Source: Nitrospirales bacterium (GTDB lineage: Bacteria; Nitrospirota; Nitrospiria; Nitrospirales; UBA8639). Taken from it: a DNA stretch of 64,000 nucleotides. Location of the stretch: the NCBI GenBank assembly GCA_965203295.1, contig CBDBCZ010000015.1, forward strand, positions 544,001 to 608,000, written 5' to 3'. This document shows positions 52,001 through 64,000 of the stretch, in pieces. How positions within the stretch are numbered: position 1 is the stretch's first letter; every line of letters begins with the position of its first letter. The notes under the pieces are model-generated. The model ran no database searches. It was given only the letters and a program-made list of their open reading frames with translations, and had not been told where the DNA came from. Made by a program: the position numbers and the translations under genes.

Positions 52001-55000
52001 TTTAAATATCTCGATTTCTGAAGGTGTCACAGGGAAAGCAGCGGTGTCAGCGGCACCCACGCGGCGCCCACAACAGTTTGCGCGCATTTTTATTTTTCGT
52101 TCAAAATTTTTTTTCTTTAAATTCTCGATTTCTGAAGGTGTCACAGAGAAAGCAGCGGTGTCAACGGCACCCACGCGGCGCCGACAACATTTTGCCAGCA
52201 TTTTTATTTTTCGGTCTAAAATTTTTTTCTTAAATATATCGATTTCTAAAGGTGTCACAGTGAAAGCAGCGGTGTCAACGGCACCCACGCGGCGCCGACA
52301 ACATTTTGCGAGCATTTTTATTTTTCGGTCTAAAATTTTTTTCTTAAATATATCGATTTCTAAAGGTGTCACAGTGAAAGCAGCGGTGTCAACGGCACCC
52401 ACGCGGCGCCCCCAACAGTTTGCGAGCATTTTTATTTTTCGGTCAAAAAAAAATTTCTTAAATATCTCGATTTTTGAAGGTGTCACAGTGAAAGAAGCGA
52501 TGTCAACGGCACCCACGCGGCGCCCACAACAGTTTGCGAGCATTTTTATTTTTCGGTCAAAAAATTTTTTCTTAAATATCTCGATTTCTGAAGGTATCAC
52601 AGTGAAAGCAGCTGTGTCAACGGAAACCACGCGGCGCCCACAACAGTTTGCGAGCATTTTTATTTTTCGGTCTAAAATTTTTCTTAAATATCTCGATTTC
52701 TGCAGGTATTTCAGTGAAAGCAGCTGTGTCACCGGAAACCACGCGGCGCCCACAACAGTTTGCGAGCATTTTTATTTTTCGGTCTAAAATTTTTTTCTTA
52801 AATATCTCGATTTCTGAAGGTGTCACAGTGAAAACAGCGGTGTCAACGGCACCCACGCGGCGCCCACAACTGTTTGCGAGCATTTTTATTTTTCGGTCAA
52901 AAAAACTTTTCTTAAATATCTCGATTTCTGAAGGTGTCACAGTGAAAGCAGCGGTGTAAACGGCACCCACGAGGCGCCCACAACAGTTTGCGAGCATTTT
53001 TATTTTTTGGTCAAAAAATTTTTTCTTTAATATCTCGATTTTTAAAGGTGTCACAGTGAAAGCAGCGGTGTCAACGGCACCCACGCGGCGCGCACTACAG
53101 TTTGCGACCATTTTTATTTTTCGGTCAAAAATTTTTTTCTTAAATATCTCTATTTCTGAAGGTGTCATAGTGAAAGCAGCGGTATCAACGGCACCCACGC
53201 GGCGCCCACAACAGTTTGCGAGCATTTTTATTTTTCGGTCAAAAAATTTTTTCTTAAATATCTCGATTTCTGAAGGTGTCACTGTGAAAGCAGCGGTGTC
53301 AACGGCACCCACGCGGGGCCCACAACAGTTTGCGAGCATTTTTATTTTTCGGTCAAAAAATTTTTTCTTTAATATCTCGATTTCTGAAGGTGTCACAGTG
53401 AAAGCAGCGGTGTCAACGGCACCCACGCGGGGCCCACAACAGTTTGCGAGCATTTTTATTTTTCTGTCAAAAATTTTTTTTTTAAATATCTCGATTTCTG
53501 AAGGTGTCACTGTGAAAGCAGCGGTGTCAACGGCACCCACGCGAGGCCCACAACAGTTTGCGAGCATTTTTATTTTTTGGTCAAAAAATTTTTTCTTTAA
53601 TATCTCGATTTTTAAAGGTGTCACAGTGAAAGCAGCGGTGTCAACGGCACCCACGCGGCGCGCACTACAGTTTGCGACCATTTTTATTTTTCGGTCAAAA
53701 ATTTTTTTCTTAAATATCTCGATTTCTGAAAGTGTCACAGTGAAAGCAGCGGTATCAACGGCACCCACGCGGCGCCCACAACAGTTTGCGAGCATTTTTA
53801 TTTTTCGGTCAAAAAATTTTTTCTTAAATATCTCGATTTCTGAAGGTGTCACTGTGAAAGCAGCGGTGTCAACGGCACCAACGCGGGGCCCACAACAGTT
53901 TGCGAGCATTTTTATTTTTCGGTCAAAAAATTTTTTCTTTAATATCTCGATTTCTGAAGGTGTCACAGTGAAAGCAGCGGTGTTAACGGCACCCACGCGG
54001 GGCCCACAACAGTTTGCGAGCATTTTTATATTTCGGTCTAAAACATTTTTCTTTAATATCTCGATTTCTGAAGGTGTCACAGTTAAAGCTGCGGTGTCAA
54101 CGGCACCCACGCGGCGCCCACAACAGTTTGCGAGCATTTTTATTTTTCTGTCAAAAAATTTTTTTTTAAATATCTCGATTTCTGAAGGTGTCACTGTGAA
54201 AGCAGCGGTGTCAACGGCACCCACGCGAGGCCCACAACAGTTTGCGAGCATTTTTATTTTTTGGTCAAAAAATTTTTTCTTTAATATCTCGATTTTTAAA
54301 GGTGTCACAGTGAAAGCAGCGGTGTCAACGGCACCCACGCGGCGCGCACTACAGTTTGCGACCATTTTTATTTTTCGGTCAAAAATTTTTTTCTTAAATA
54401 TCTCGATTTCTGAAAGTGTCACAGTGAAAGCAGCGGTATCAACGGCACCCACGCGGTGCCCACAACAGTTTGCGAGCATTTTTATTTTTCGGTCAAAAAA
54501 TTTTTTCTTAAATATCTCGATTTCTGAAGGTGTCACTGTGAAAGCAGCGGTGTCAACGGCACCCACGCGGGGCCCACAACAGTTTGCGAGCATTTTTATT
54601 TTTCGGTCAAAAAATTTTTTCTTTAATATCTCGATTTCTGAAGGTGTCACAGTGAAAGCAGCGGTGTCAACGGCACCCACGCGGCGCGCACTACAGTTTG
54701 CGACCATTTTTATTTTTCGGTCAAAAATTTTTTTCTTAAATATCTCGATTTCTGAAGGTGTCACAGTGAAAGCAGCGGTGTCAACGGCACCCACGCGGCG
54801 CCCACAACAGTTTGCGAGCATTTTTATTTTTCGGTCAAAAAATTTTTTCTTTAATATCTCGATTTCTGAAGGTGTCACAGTGAAAGCAGCGGTGTCAACG
54901 GCACCCACGCGGGGCCCACAACAGTTTGCGAGCATTTTTATTTTTCGGTCAAAAACATTTTTCTTTAATATCTCGATTTCTGAAGGTGTCACAGTGAAAG

Positions 55001-57043
55001 CTGCGGTGTCAACGGCACCCACGCGGCGCCCACAACAGTTTGCGAGCATTTTTATTTTTCTGTCAAAAAATTTTTTCTTAAATATCTCGATTTCTGAAGG
55101 TGTCACTGTGAAAGCAGCGGTGTCAACTGCACCCACGCGGAACCCACAACAGTTTGCGAGCATTTTTATTTTTTGGTCAAAAAATTTTTTCTTTAATATC
55201 TCGATTTCTAAAGGTGTCACAGTGAAAGCAGCGGTGTCAACGGCACCCACGAGGCGCGCACTACAGTTTGCGACCATTTTTATTTTTCCTTCAAAAATTT
55301 TTTTCTTAAATATCTCGATTTCTGAAGGTGTCACAGTGAAAGCAGCAGTATCAACGGCACCCACGCGGCGCCCACAACAGTTTGCGAGCATTTTTATTTT
55401 TCGGTCAAAAAATTTTTTCTTAAATATCTCGATTTCTGAAGGTGTCACTGTGAAAGCAGCGGTGTCAACGGCACCCACGCGGGGCCCACAACAGTTTGCG
55501 AGCATTTTTATTTTTCGGTCAAAAAATTTTTTCTTTAATATCTCGATTTCTGAAGGTGTCACAGTGAAAGCAGCGGTGTCAACGGCACCCACGCGGCGCG
55601 CACTACAGTTTGCGACCATTTTTATTTTTCGATCAAAAATTTTTTTCTTAAATATCTCGATTTCTGAAGGTGTCACAGTGAAAGCAGCGGTGTCAACGGC
55701 ACCCACGCGGCGCCAACAACAGTTTGCGAGCATTTTTATTTTTCGGTCAAAAAATTTTTTCTTAAATATCTCGATTTCTGAAGGTGTCACAGTGAAAGAA
55801 GCGGTGTCAACGGCACCCTCGCGGCGCACACTACAGTTTGCGACCATTTTTATTTTTCGATCAAAAATTTTTCTTAAATATCTCGATTTCTGAAGGTGTC
55901 ACAGTGAAAGCAGCGGTGTCAACGGCACCCACGCGGCGCCCACAACTGTTTGCAAGCATTTTTATTTTTCGGTCTAAAAAATATTTCTTTAATATCTGGA
56001 TTTCTGAAGGTGTCACAGCGAAAGCAGCGGTGTCAACGGCACCCACGCGGGGCCCACAACAGTTTGCGAGCATTTTTATTTTTCGGTCAAAAAAATTTCT
56101 TTAATATCTCGATTTCTGAAGGTGTCACAGCGAAAGCAGCGGTGTCAACGGCACCCACGCGGCGCGCACAACAGTTTGCGAGCATTTTTATTTTTCGGTC
56201 AAAAATTTTTTTCTTAAATATCTCGATTTCTGAAGGTGTCACAGCGAAAGCAGCTGTGTCAACGTCACCCACGCGGCGCCCACAACAGTTTGCGAGCATT
56301 TTTATTTTTCGGTCTAAAAAACATTTCTTAAATATCTCGACTTCTAAAGGTGGCAGAGGGAAAGCAGCGGTGTCAACGGCACCCACGTTGTACCCTCAAC
56401 ATTTAGCGAGTATATTTATTATACCGTCGAAATTTTTTTTCTTAATATTTTGATTTTTGAAGGTAATAAATGGAAAGCAGAGGAGTCAACGGTACCTACG
56501 CGGTGCACAAAACAGTTTACGTGCATTTTTATTTTTAAGAATAAAAATTTTATCTTCGATATAACGATTTCTGAAGGTAGCACAGGGAAAAATGCGGTGA
56601 CAACGGCACCTACGCGGTGCCTAACACATTTAGCGAGCATTTTTATTTTTAGGTCGAAACATTTTTTTTCAATATTTCGATTTTTGAACGTGGCACAGGA
56701 AAGGCAGACGTGTCAACGGCATCAACGTGGTGCTCACAACAGTTACGAGTATTTTTATTTTTCGGTCGAAACATTTTTTTTCAATATCTCGAATTTTGAA
56801 GGTGGCACAGGGAAGGCAGACGTGTCAACGGCAACAACGTGGTGCCCACAACAGTTACGAGCATATTTATTTTTCGATCAAAAAATTTTCTTCAATATCT
56901 CGATTTCTGAAGGTGGCACAGGGGAAGCAGAGGTGTCAACAATACCTACGCGGTGCCCACAACACTTTACGAGTATTTTTATATTTAGGTCGAAAATTTT
57001 TTCTTTGTCTCGATTTCTGAAGTTGGTACAGAAAAAGCAACAG
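49011..57043 (+). repeat. 113-114-bp satellite, about 70 copies; homogeneous core and diverged edges
   Basis: Unit ...AAATATCTCGATTTCTGAAGGTGTCACAGTGAAAGCAGCGGTGTCAACGGCACCCACGCGGCGCCCACAACAGTTTGCGAGCATTTTTATTTTTCGGTC...; 38-codon periodicity in the ORF track. Confidence 0.97.
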
Positions 57044-57811
57044 CTGTTTTCCCGGTGCCACCTTCAAATATCGAGATATTGAATAAAAAAATTTTCGCCC
57101 GAAAAATAAAAATGCTCGCAAACTGTTGTGGACGCCGCGTGGGTGCCGTTGACACCGCTGCTTTCCCTGTGCCACCTTCAGAAATCGAGATATTTAAAAA
57201 AAAAATTTAGACCGAAAAATAAAAATGCTCGCAAACTGTTGTGGGCACCGCGTGGGTGCCGTTGATACCGCTGCTTTCCCTGTGCCACCTTCAGAAATCG
57301 AGATATTTAAAAAAAAAATTTTAAACCGAAAAATAAAATGCTCGCAAACTGTTGTGGGCACCGCGTGGGTGCCGTTGACTCCGCTGCTTTCCCTGTGCCT
57401 CATTCAGAAATCGAGATATTTAACAAAAAAAATTTAAACCGAAAAATAAAAATGCTCGCAAACTGTTGTGGGCACCGTGTGGGTGCCGTTGACTCCGCTG
57501 CTTTTCCTGTGCCACCCTCAGAAATCGAGATATTGAGGAAAAAAATTTTGAAAAAATAAAAATGCTCGCAAACTGTTGCTGGTACCGCGTAGGTGCTGTT
57601 GACACCTCTGCCTTCCCTGTGCTACCTTCAAAAATCGAGATATTGAAGAAAAAATTTTTCCCCCGAAAAATAAAAATGCTCGTAATCTGTTGCGGTCACC
57701 CCATAGGTGCCGTTGGCACCGCTGCTTTCCCGTTTTCATTTTCAAAAATCGAGATATTTAAGAAAAAATTTTTAGACCGAAAAATAAAAATGCACGTAAA
57801 CTGTTCTGGGC
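57044..57811 (-). repeat. Same 114-bp satellite inverted, about 7 copies
   Basis: Reverse-complement units begin right after AACAG|CTGTT; the distal units mirror the specific variants at 49011-49500. Confidence 0.95.
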
Positions 57812-59028
57812 ACATAAAACACAAGCACTCCATAAATATAAGCACCCATCAAATACAAGTATTTCATGAATATAAGGACCCATCGAACACAAGCACTCCA
57901 TGAATGTAAGTACCCATCAAATATAAGTACCTTATGAATGTATGGATCCGTCGAATACAAGCACTCCATGAATATAAAGACCCATCAAATACAAGTACCC
58001 CCAGAATATAAGGACTCATGAAACACAAGCACTCTGGGAATATAAGGACCCCTCAAATACAAGTATCCCCTTAATTTAAGGACCCATCGAACCCAAGTAC
58101 TCCATGAATATGAAAACCCATCAAATACAAGCAAACCAGGAATATTCTCGCTTGAAGTATCCAATGAATGTGAGTACCCATCAGACAGCTAAGTAAACTA
58201 CAGGTTTAATGTTCGTGCTGTTGTAGTGTCATAAACAGCTCATTCACCAGTCCTTGAACCTTTTGCGAGCTTTTCCACTTTACTATTTCAAAAGTCTATC
58301 TACCTATACACTGGTTTTTTAATGTGCGCCCAAGTAAACGGTGTATATACACCTATACATGGGTTTACACAAGTATACACAGGTATACAAAGTATATATA
58401 CGGGTTTACACAAGGTATACACAAGTATATATAACAACGCACGAGTATACGCGTGTACAATGAAGTAAGCTCGGATATACACAAACATACTTGGGTAAAC
58501 ACAACTATAAAGGTAAAATATTCCACAGTATACATTTCATACGCAAGTATATAGAATTATACCACCATTATACACAAGTATGTACAGTTATTAACGGTAA
58601 ATGCGAGTAAACGCAAGTATACTGGAGTAAACACAGGTATACACAAATATGTACAAGCACACACAGTTATACACAAAGTACACATCGCATACACAAATAT
58701 ACATATGTATACAGAAATATAGGCGGGTATACATACGTATGCAGATGTATACAGTTATACACAAGTATACACAGGTATAAAGAGGATATATACGTATTTA
58801 AATGTGTGAAAGGGTAGGTGTAAGCCTTATACTTTGGACGCTAGTGTTCCAAATTCATGACACACAGACATCACTGAGCCTATGGCCCTTTTTGTGATAC
58901 CAGCATGCCATGAAAATGGGCCAGCAAGGCCAGTCAAGAATTACTCATCCTAAAAAAAAGAGAAGGCTGTATATGTGGCTATGAAGAAGGGTACACCAGT
59001 ATAAACAAGAATACACAGGAATAGAAAA
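57812..59028 (-). repeat. Inverted copy of 47821-49010 (34-bp minisatellite plus unique islands)
   Basis: For example 58180-58310 mirrors 48525-48650 and 58800-59028 mirrors 47821-48050, with scattered substitutions and indels. Confidence 0.95.
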
Positions 59029-62000
59029 GCATATACACGAGTTTACACAAGTATAAACTATTATACGCGTCAAGTATACACATCTATACACGTGTATACA
59101 CAAGCATACACAAGTATACATCTGGTATACGTGGGTATACATACGTTTACAAGGGTATACACAAGTGTGCACTATTATACACAAGTATGAACACATACAC
59201 AGGTATACAGAGGCTTACACGGGTGTATACACAAGTATTACCAAGCATACATAAATACAAGGGAACACAAGTATACACAGGTATACACATATATACACGA
59301 GTTTACACAAGTATAAACTATTATACGCGTGTATACACAAGTATACTCATCTATATACGTGTATACACAAGCATACACAAGTATACATGGGTATACTCTG
59401 GTATACGTGGGTATACATACATTTACAAGAATATACACAAGTATGCACTGTTATACACAAGTATGAACACGTATACATGGGTATGAACAAGTATACACCG
59501 TTTAACAGAGGCTTACACGGGTGTATACACAAGTATTACCAAGCATACATAAGCATAAACAAGCTTAGACGGGTATACACAAGTATACACAAGTTTACAC
59601 GAGTACACACAAGTATACACAGGTATACTAAAGTATATACACGAGTTTACACAAGCATAATCTATTATACGCATGTATACGCAAGTATACACATCTATAC
59701 ACGCGTATACACAAACATACACAAGTATACATGGGTACACTCTGGTACACGTGGGTATACATACGTTTACAAGGGTATAAACACAAGTATGAACACGTAT
59801 ACACGGGTATGAACAAGTTTACACCGGTAAACAGAGGCTTACACGGGTGTATACACAAGTATTACCAAGCATACATAAGTATAAACAAGCTTACACGGGT
59901 ATACACAAGTATACACAAGTTTACACGGGTACACACAAGTATACACAGGTATACACATATATACACGAGTTTATACAAGTATAAACTATTATAAGCGTGT
60001 ATACTACACGTGTATACACAAGCATACACAAGTATACATGGGTATACTCTGGCATACGTGGGTATACATACGTTTACAAGAATATACACAAGTATGCACT
60101 GTTATACACAAGTATGAACACGTATACACGGGTATGAACAAGTATACACCGGTAAACAGAGGCTTACACGGGTGTATACACAAGTATTACCAAGCATACA
60201 TAAGTATAAACAAGCTTACAAGGATATACACAAGTATACACAATTTTACACAGGTACACAATATACTAGAGTATATACACGAGTTTACACAAGTATAAAC
60301 TATTATACGTGTGTATACACAAGTATACACATCTATACACGTATATACACAAGCATACACATGTATACACAAACATACACAGGTATACATGGGTATACTC
60401 TGGTATACGTGGGTATACATACGTTTACCAGGGTATACACAAGTATACTCTGATATACACAAGTATGAACACGTGTACACGGGTATGAACAAGTATACAA
60501 CGGTAAACAGAGGCTTACACGGGTGTATACACAAGTATTACCAAGCATACATAAGTATAAACAAGCTTACATGGGTATACACAAGTATACACAAGTTTAC
60601 ACGGGAGCACACAAGTATATACAGGTATACTATAGTATATACACGAGTTTACACAAGCATAATCTATTATACACGTGTATACACAAGTATACACATCTAT
60701 ACATGCGCATACACAAGCATACACAAGTATACATGGGTATACTCTGGTATATGTGGGTATACATACGTTTGCAAGGGTATACACAAGTGTGCACTGTTAT
60801 ACACAAGTATGAACACATACAAACGGGTATACAGAGGCTTACGCGGGTGTATACACAAGTATTCCAAAGCATACATAAGTATAAATAAGCTTACACGGGA
60901 ATACACAAGTATACACAAGTTTACACGAGTACACACAAGTATACACAGGTATACTAAAGTATATACATGAGTTTACACAAGCATAATCTATTATACGCGT
61001 GTATACACAAGTATACACATCTATACACACGTATACACAAACATACACAAGTTTACATGGGTACACTCTGGTACACGTGTGTATACATAGGTTTACAAGT
61101 GTATACACACAAGTATGAACACGTATACACGGGTATGAACAAGTATACACCGGTAAACAGAGGCTTACGCGGGTGTATACACAAGTATACACAAGTTTAC
61201 ACGAGTAAACACAAGTATACACAGGTATACACATATAGACACGAGTTTACACAAGTATAAACTATTATACGCGTGTATACACAAGTATATACATCTATAC
61301 ACGCGTATACACAAACATACACAAGTATACATGGGTATACTCTGGTATACGTGGGTATACATACGTTTACAAGGGTATACACACAAGTATGAACACGTAT
61401 ACACGGGTATGAACAAGTTTACACCGGTAAACAGAGGCTTACACTGGTGTATACACAAGTATACACAAGTTTATACGGGTACACACAAGTATACACAGGT
61501 ATACACATATAGACACGAGTTTACACAAGTATAAACTATTATACGCGTGTATACACAAGTATACACATCTATATACGTGTATACACAAGCATACACAAGT
61601 ATACATGGGTATACTCTGGTATAGTGGGTATACATACATTTACAAGAATATACACAAGTATGTACTATTATACACAAGTATGAACACGTATACATGGGTA
61701 TGAACAAGTATACACCGTTTAACAGAGGCTTACACGGGTGTATACACAAGTATTACCAAGCATACATAAGCATAAACAAGCTTAGACGGGTATACACAAG
61801 TATACACAAGTTTACACGAGTACACACAAGTATACACAGGTATACTAAAGTATATACACGAGTTTACACAAGCATAATCTATTATACTCGTGTATACGCA
61901 AGTATACACATCTATACACGCGTATACACAAACATACACAAGTATACATGGGTACACTCTGGTACACGTGGGTATACATACGTTTACAAGGGTATAAACA

Positions 62001-64000
62001 CAAGTATGAACACGTATACACGGGTATGAACAAGTTTACACCGGTAAACAGAGGCTTACACGGGTGTATACACAAGTATTACCAAGCATACATAAGTATA
62101 AACAAGCTTACACGGGTATACACAAGTATACACAAGTTTACACGGGTACACACAAGTATACACAGGTATAAACATATATACACGAGTTTATACAAGTATA
62201 AACTATTATACGCGTGTATACTACACGTGTATACACAAGCATACACAAGTATACATGGGTATACTCTGGCATACGTGGGTATACATACGTTTACAAGAAT
62301 ATACACAAGTATGCAATGTTATACACAAGTATGAACACGTATACACGGGTATGAACAAGTATACACCGGTAAACAGAGGCTTACACGGGTGTATACACAA
62401 GTATTACCAAGCATACATAAGTATAAACAAGCTTACAAGGATATACACAAGTATACACAATTTTACACAGGTACACAAAAGTATACACAGGTATACTAGA
62501 GTATATACACGAGTTTACACAAGTATAAACTATTATACGCGTGTATACACAAGTATACACATCTATACGCAAGCATACACAAGTATACACCTGGTATACG
62601 TGGGTATACATACGTTTACAAGGGTATACACAAGTGTGCACTATTATACACAAGTATGAACACATACACAGGTATACAGAGGCTTACACAGGTGTATACA
62701 CAAGTATTACCAAGCATACATAAATATAAACAAACTTACACGGGTATACACAAGTATACACAAGTTTACACGGGAACACATTAGTATACACAGGTATACA
62801 CATATATACACGAGTTTACACAAGTATAAACTATTATACGTGTGTATACACAAGTATACACATCTATACACGTATATACACAAGCATACACGTGTATACA
62901 CAAGCATACACAGGTATACATGGGTATACTCTGGTATACGTGGGTATACATACGTTTACAAGGGTATACACAAGTATGCTCTGATATACACAAGTATGAA
63001 CACGTGTACACGGGTATGAACAAGTATACAACGGTAAACAGAGGCTTACACGGGTGTATACACAAGTATTACCAAGCATACATAAGTATAAACAAGCTTA
63101 CATGGGTATACACAAGTATACACAAGTTTACACGGGGGCACACAAGTATATACAGGTATACTAAAGTATATACACGAGTTTACACAAGCATAATCTATTA
63201 TACACGTGTATACACAAGTATACACATCTATACACGCGCATACACAAGCATACACAAGTATACATGGGTATACTCTGGTATATGTGGGTATACATACGTT
63301 TGCAAGGGTATACACAAGTGTGCACTGTTATACACAAGTATGAACACATACAAACGGGTATACAGAGGCTTACGCGGGTGTATACACAAGTATTCCAAAG
63401 CATACATAAGTATAAATAAGCTTACACGGGAATACACAAGTATACACAAGTTTACATGGGTACACACAAGTATACACAGGTATACACATATACACATGAG
63501 TTTACACAAGTATAAACTATTATACGCGTGTATACACAAGTATACACATCTATACACGTGTATACACAAGCATACACAAGTATACATGGGTATACTCTGG
63601 TATACGTGGGTATACATACGTTTACAAGAATATACACAAGTATGTACTGTTATACACAAGTATGAACACGTATACACGGGTAGAAACAAGTATACACCGG
63701 TAAACAGAGACTTACACGGGTGTATATACGAGTATTACCAAGCATACATAAGTATAAACAAGCTTACACGAGTATACACAAGTATACACAAGTATACACG
63801 AGTACACACAAGTATACACAGGTATACTAAAGTATATACGCGAGTTTACACAAGCATAATCTATTATACGCGTGTATACACAAGTATACACATCTATACA
63901 CGCGTATACACAAACATACACAAGTTTACATGGGTACACTCTGGTATACGTGGGTATACATACGTTTACAAGTGTATACACACAAGTATGAACACGTATA
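59029..64000 (-). repeat. GTATAC-core satellite, inverted relative to 40-47 kb; runs off the window
   Basis: AGTATACACA units with markers ACAGAGGCTT and GTATTACCAAGC. Confidence 0.97.

Noticed and set aside
52617..55893. 1076-aa and 945-aa ORFs as real genes
   Set aside because: They overlap on opposite strands, consist only of the 114-bp unit, have no unique termini and start at non-ATG codons.
49011..57811. CRISPR array
   Set aside because: No unique spacers, no cas genes, and spliceosomal-intron context.

Overview
Repeat-dense eukaryotic (metazoan) DNA; a non-bilaterian such as a sponge is my guess from repeat style only. The only recognisable host gene is the transmembrane half of an ABCG2-like transporter (minus strand, about 0.14-4.4 kb, signs of decay). 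8-33 kb is mostly decayed transposons: an Academ-like element with 412-bp TIRs, MITEs, a CRE-clade RT cut by a 2.3-kb foldback, Ulp1/PHD and GIY-YIG fragments, a P-element-like transposase split by a CACTG...CAGTG element carrying a spliced RecQ helicase fragment, and a dead Crypton-type tyrosine recombinase. Satellites fill 17-25 kb and 33-64 kb; the latter form a nested inverted repeat centred at 57043/57044. The best candidate for an undescribed system is a set of nine sequence-diverse non-coding elements sharing one architecture: a short inverted pair B...B' plus a long hairpin with a GNA-type triloop and tandem GA mismatches on one defined strand. Six of them cluster 2-8 kb from the Crypton remnant. 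Nearly all ORF-track entries are satellite artefacts. All alignments were made by eye.
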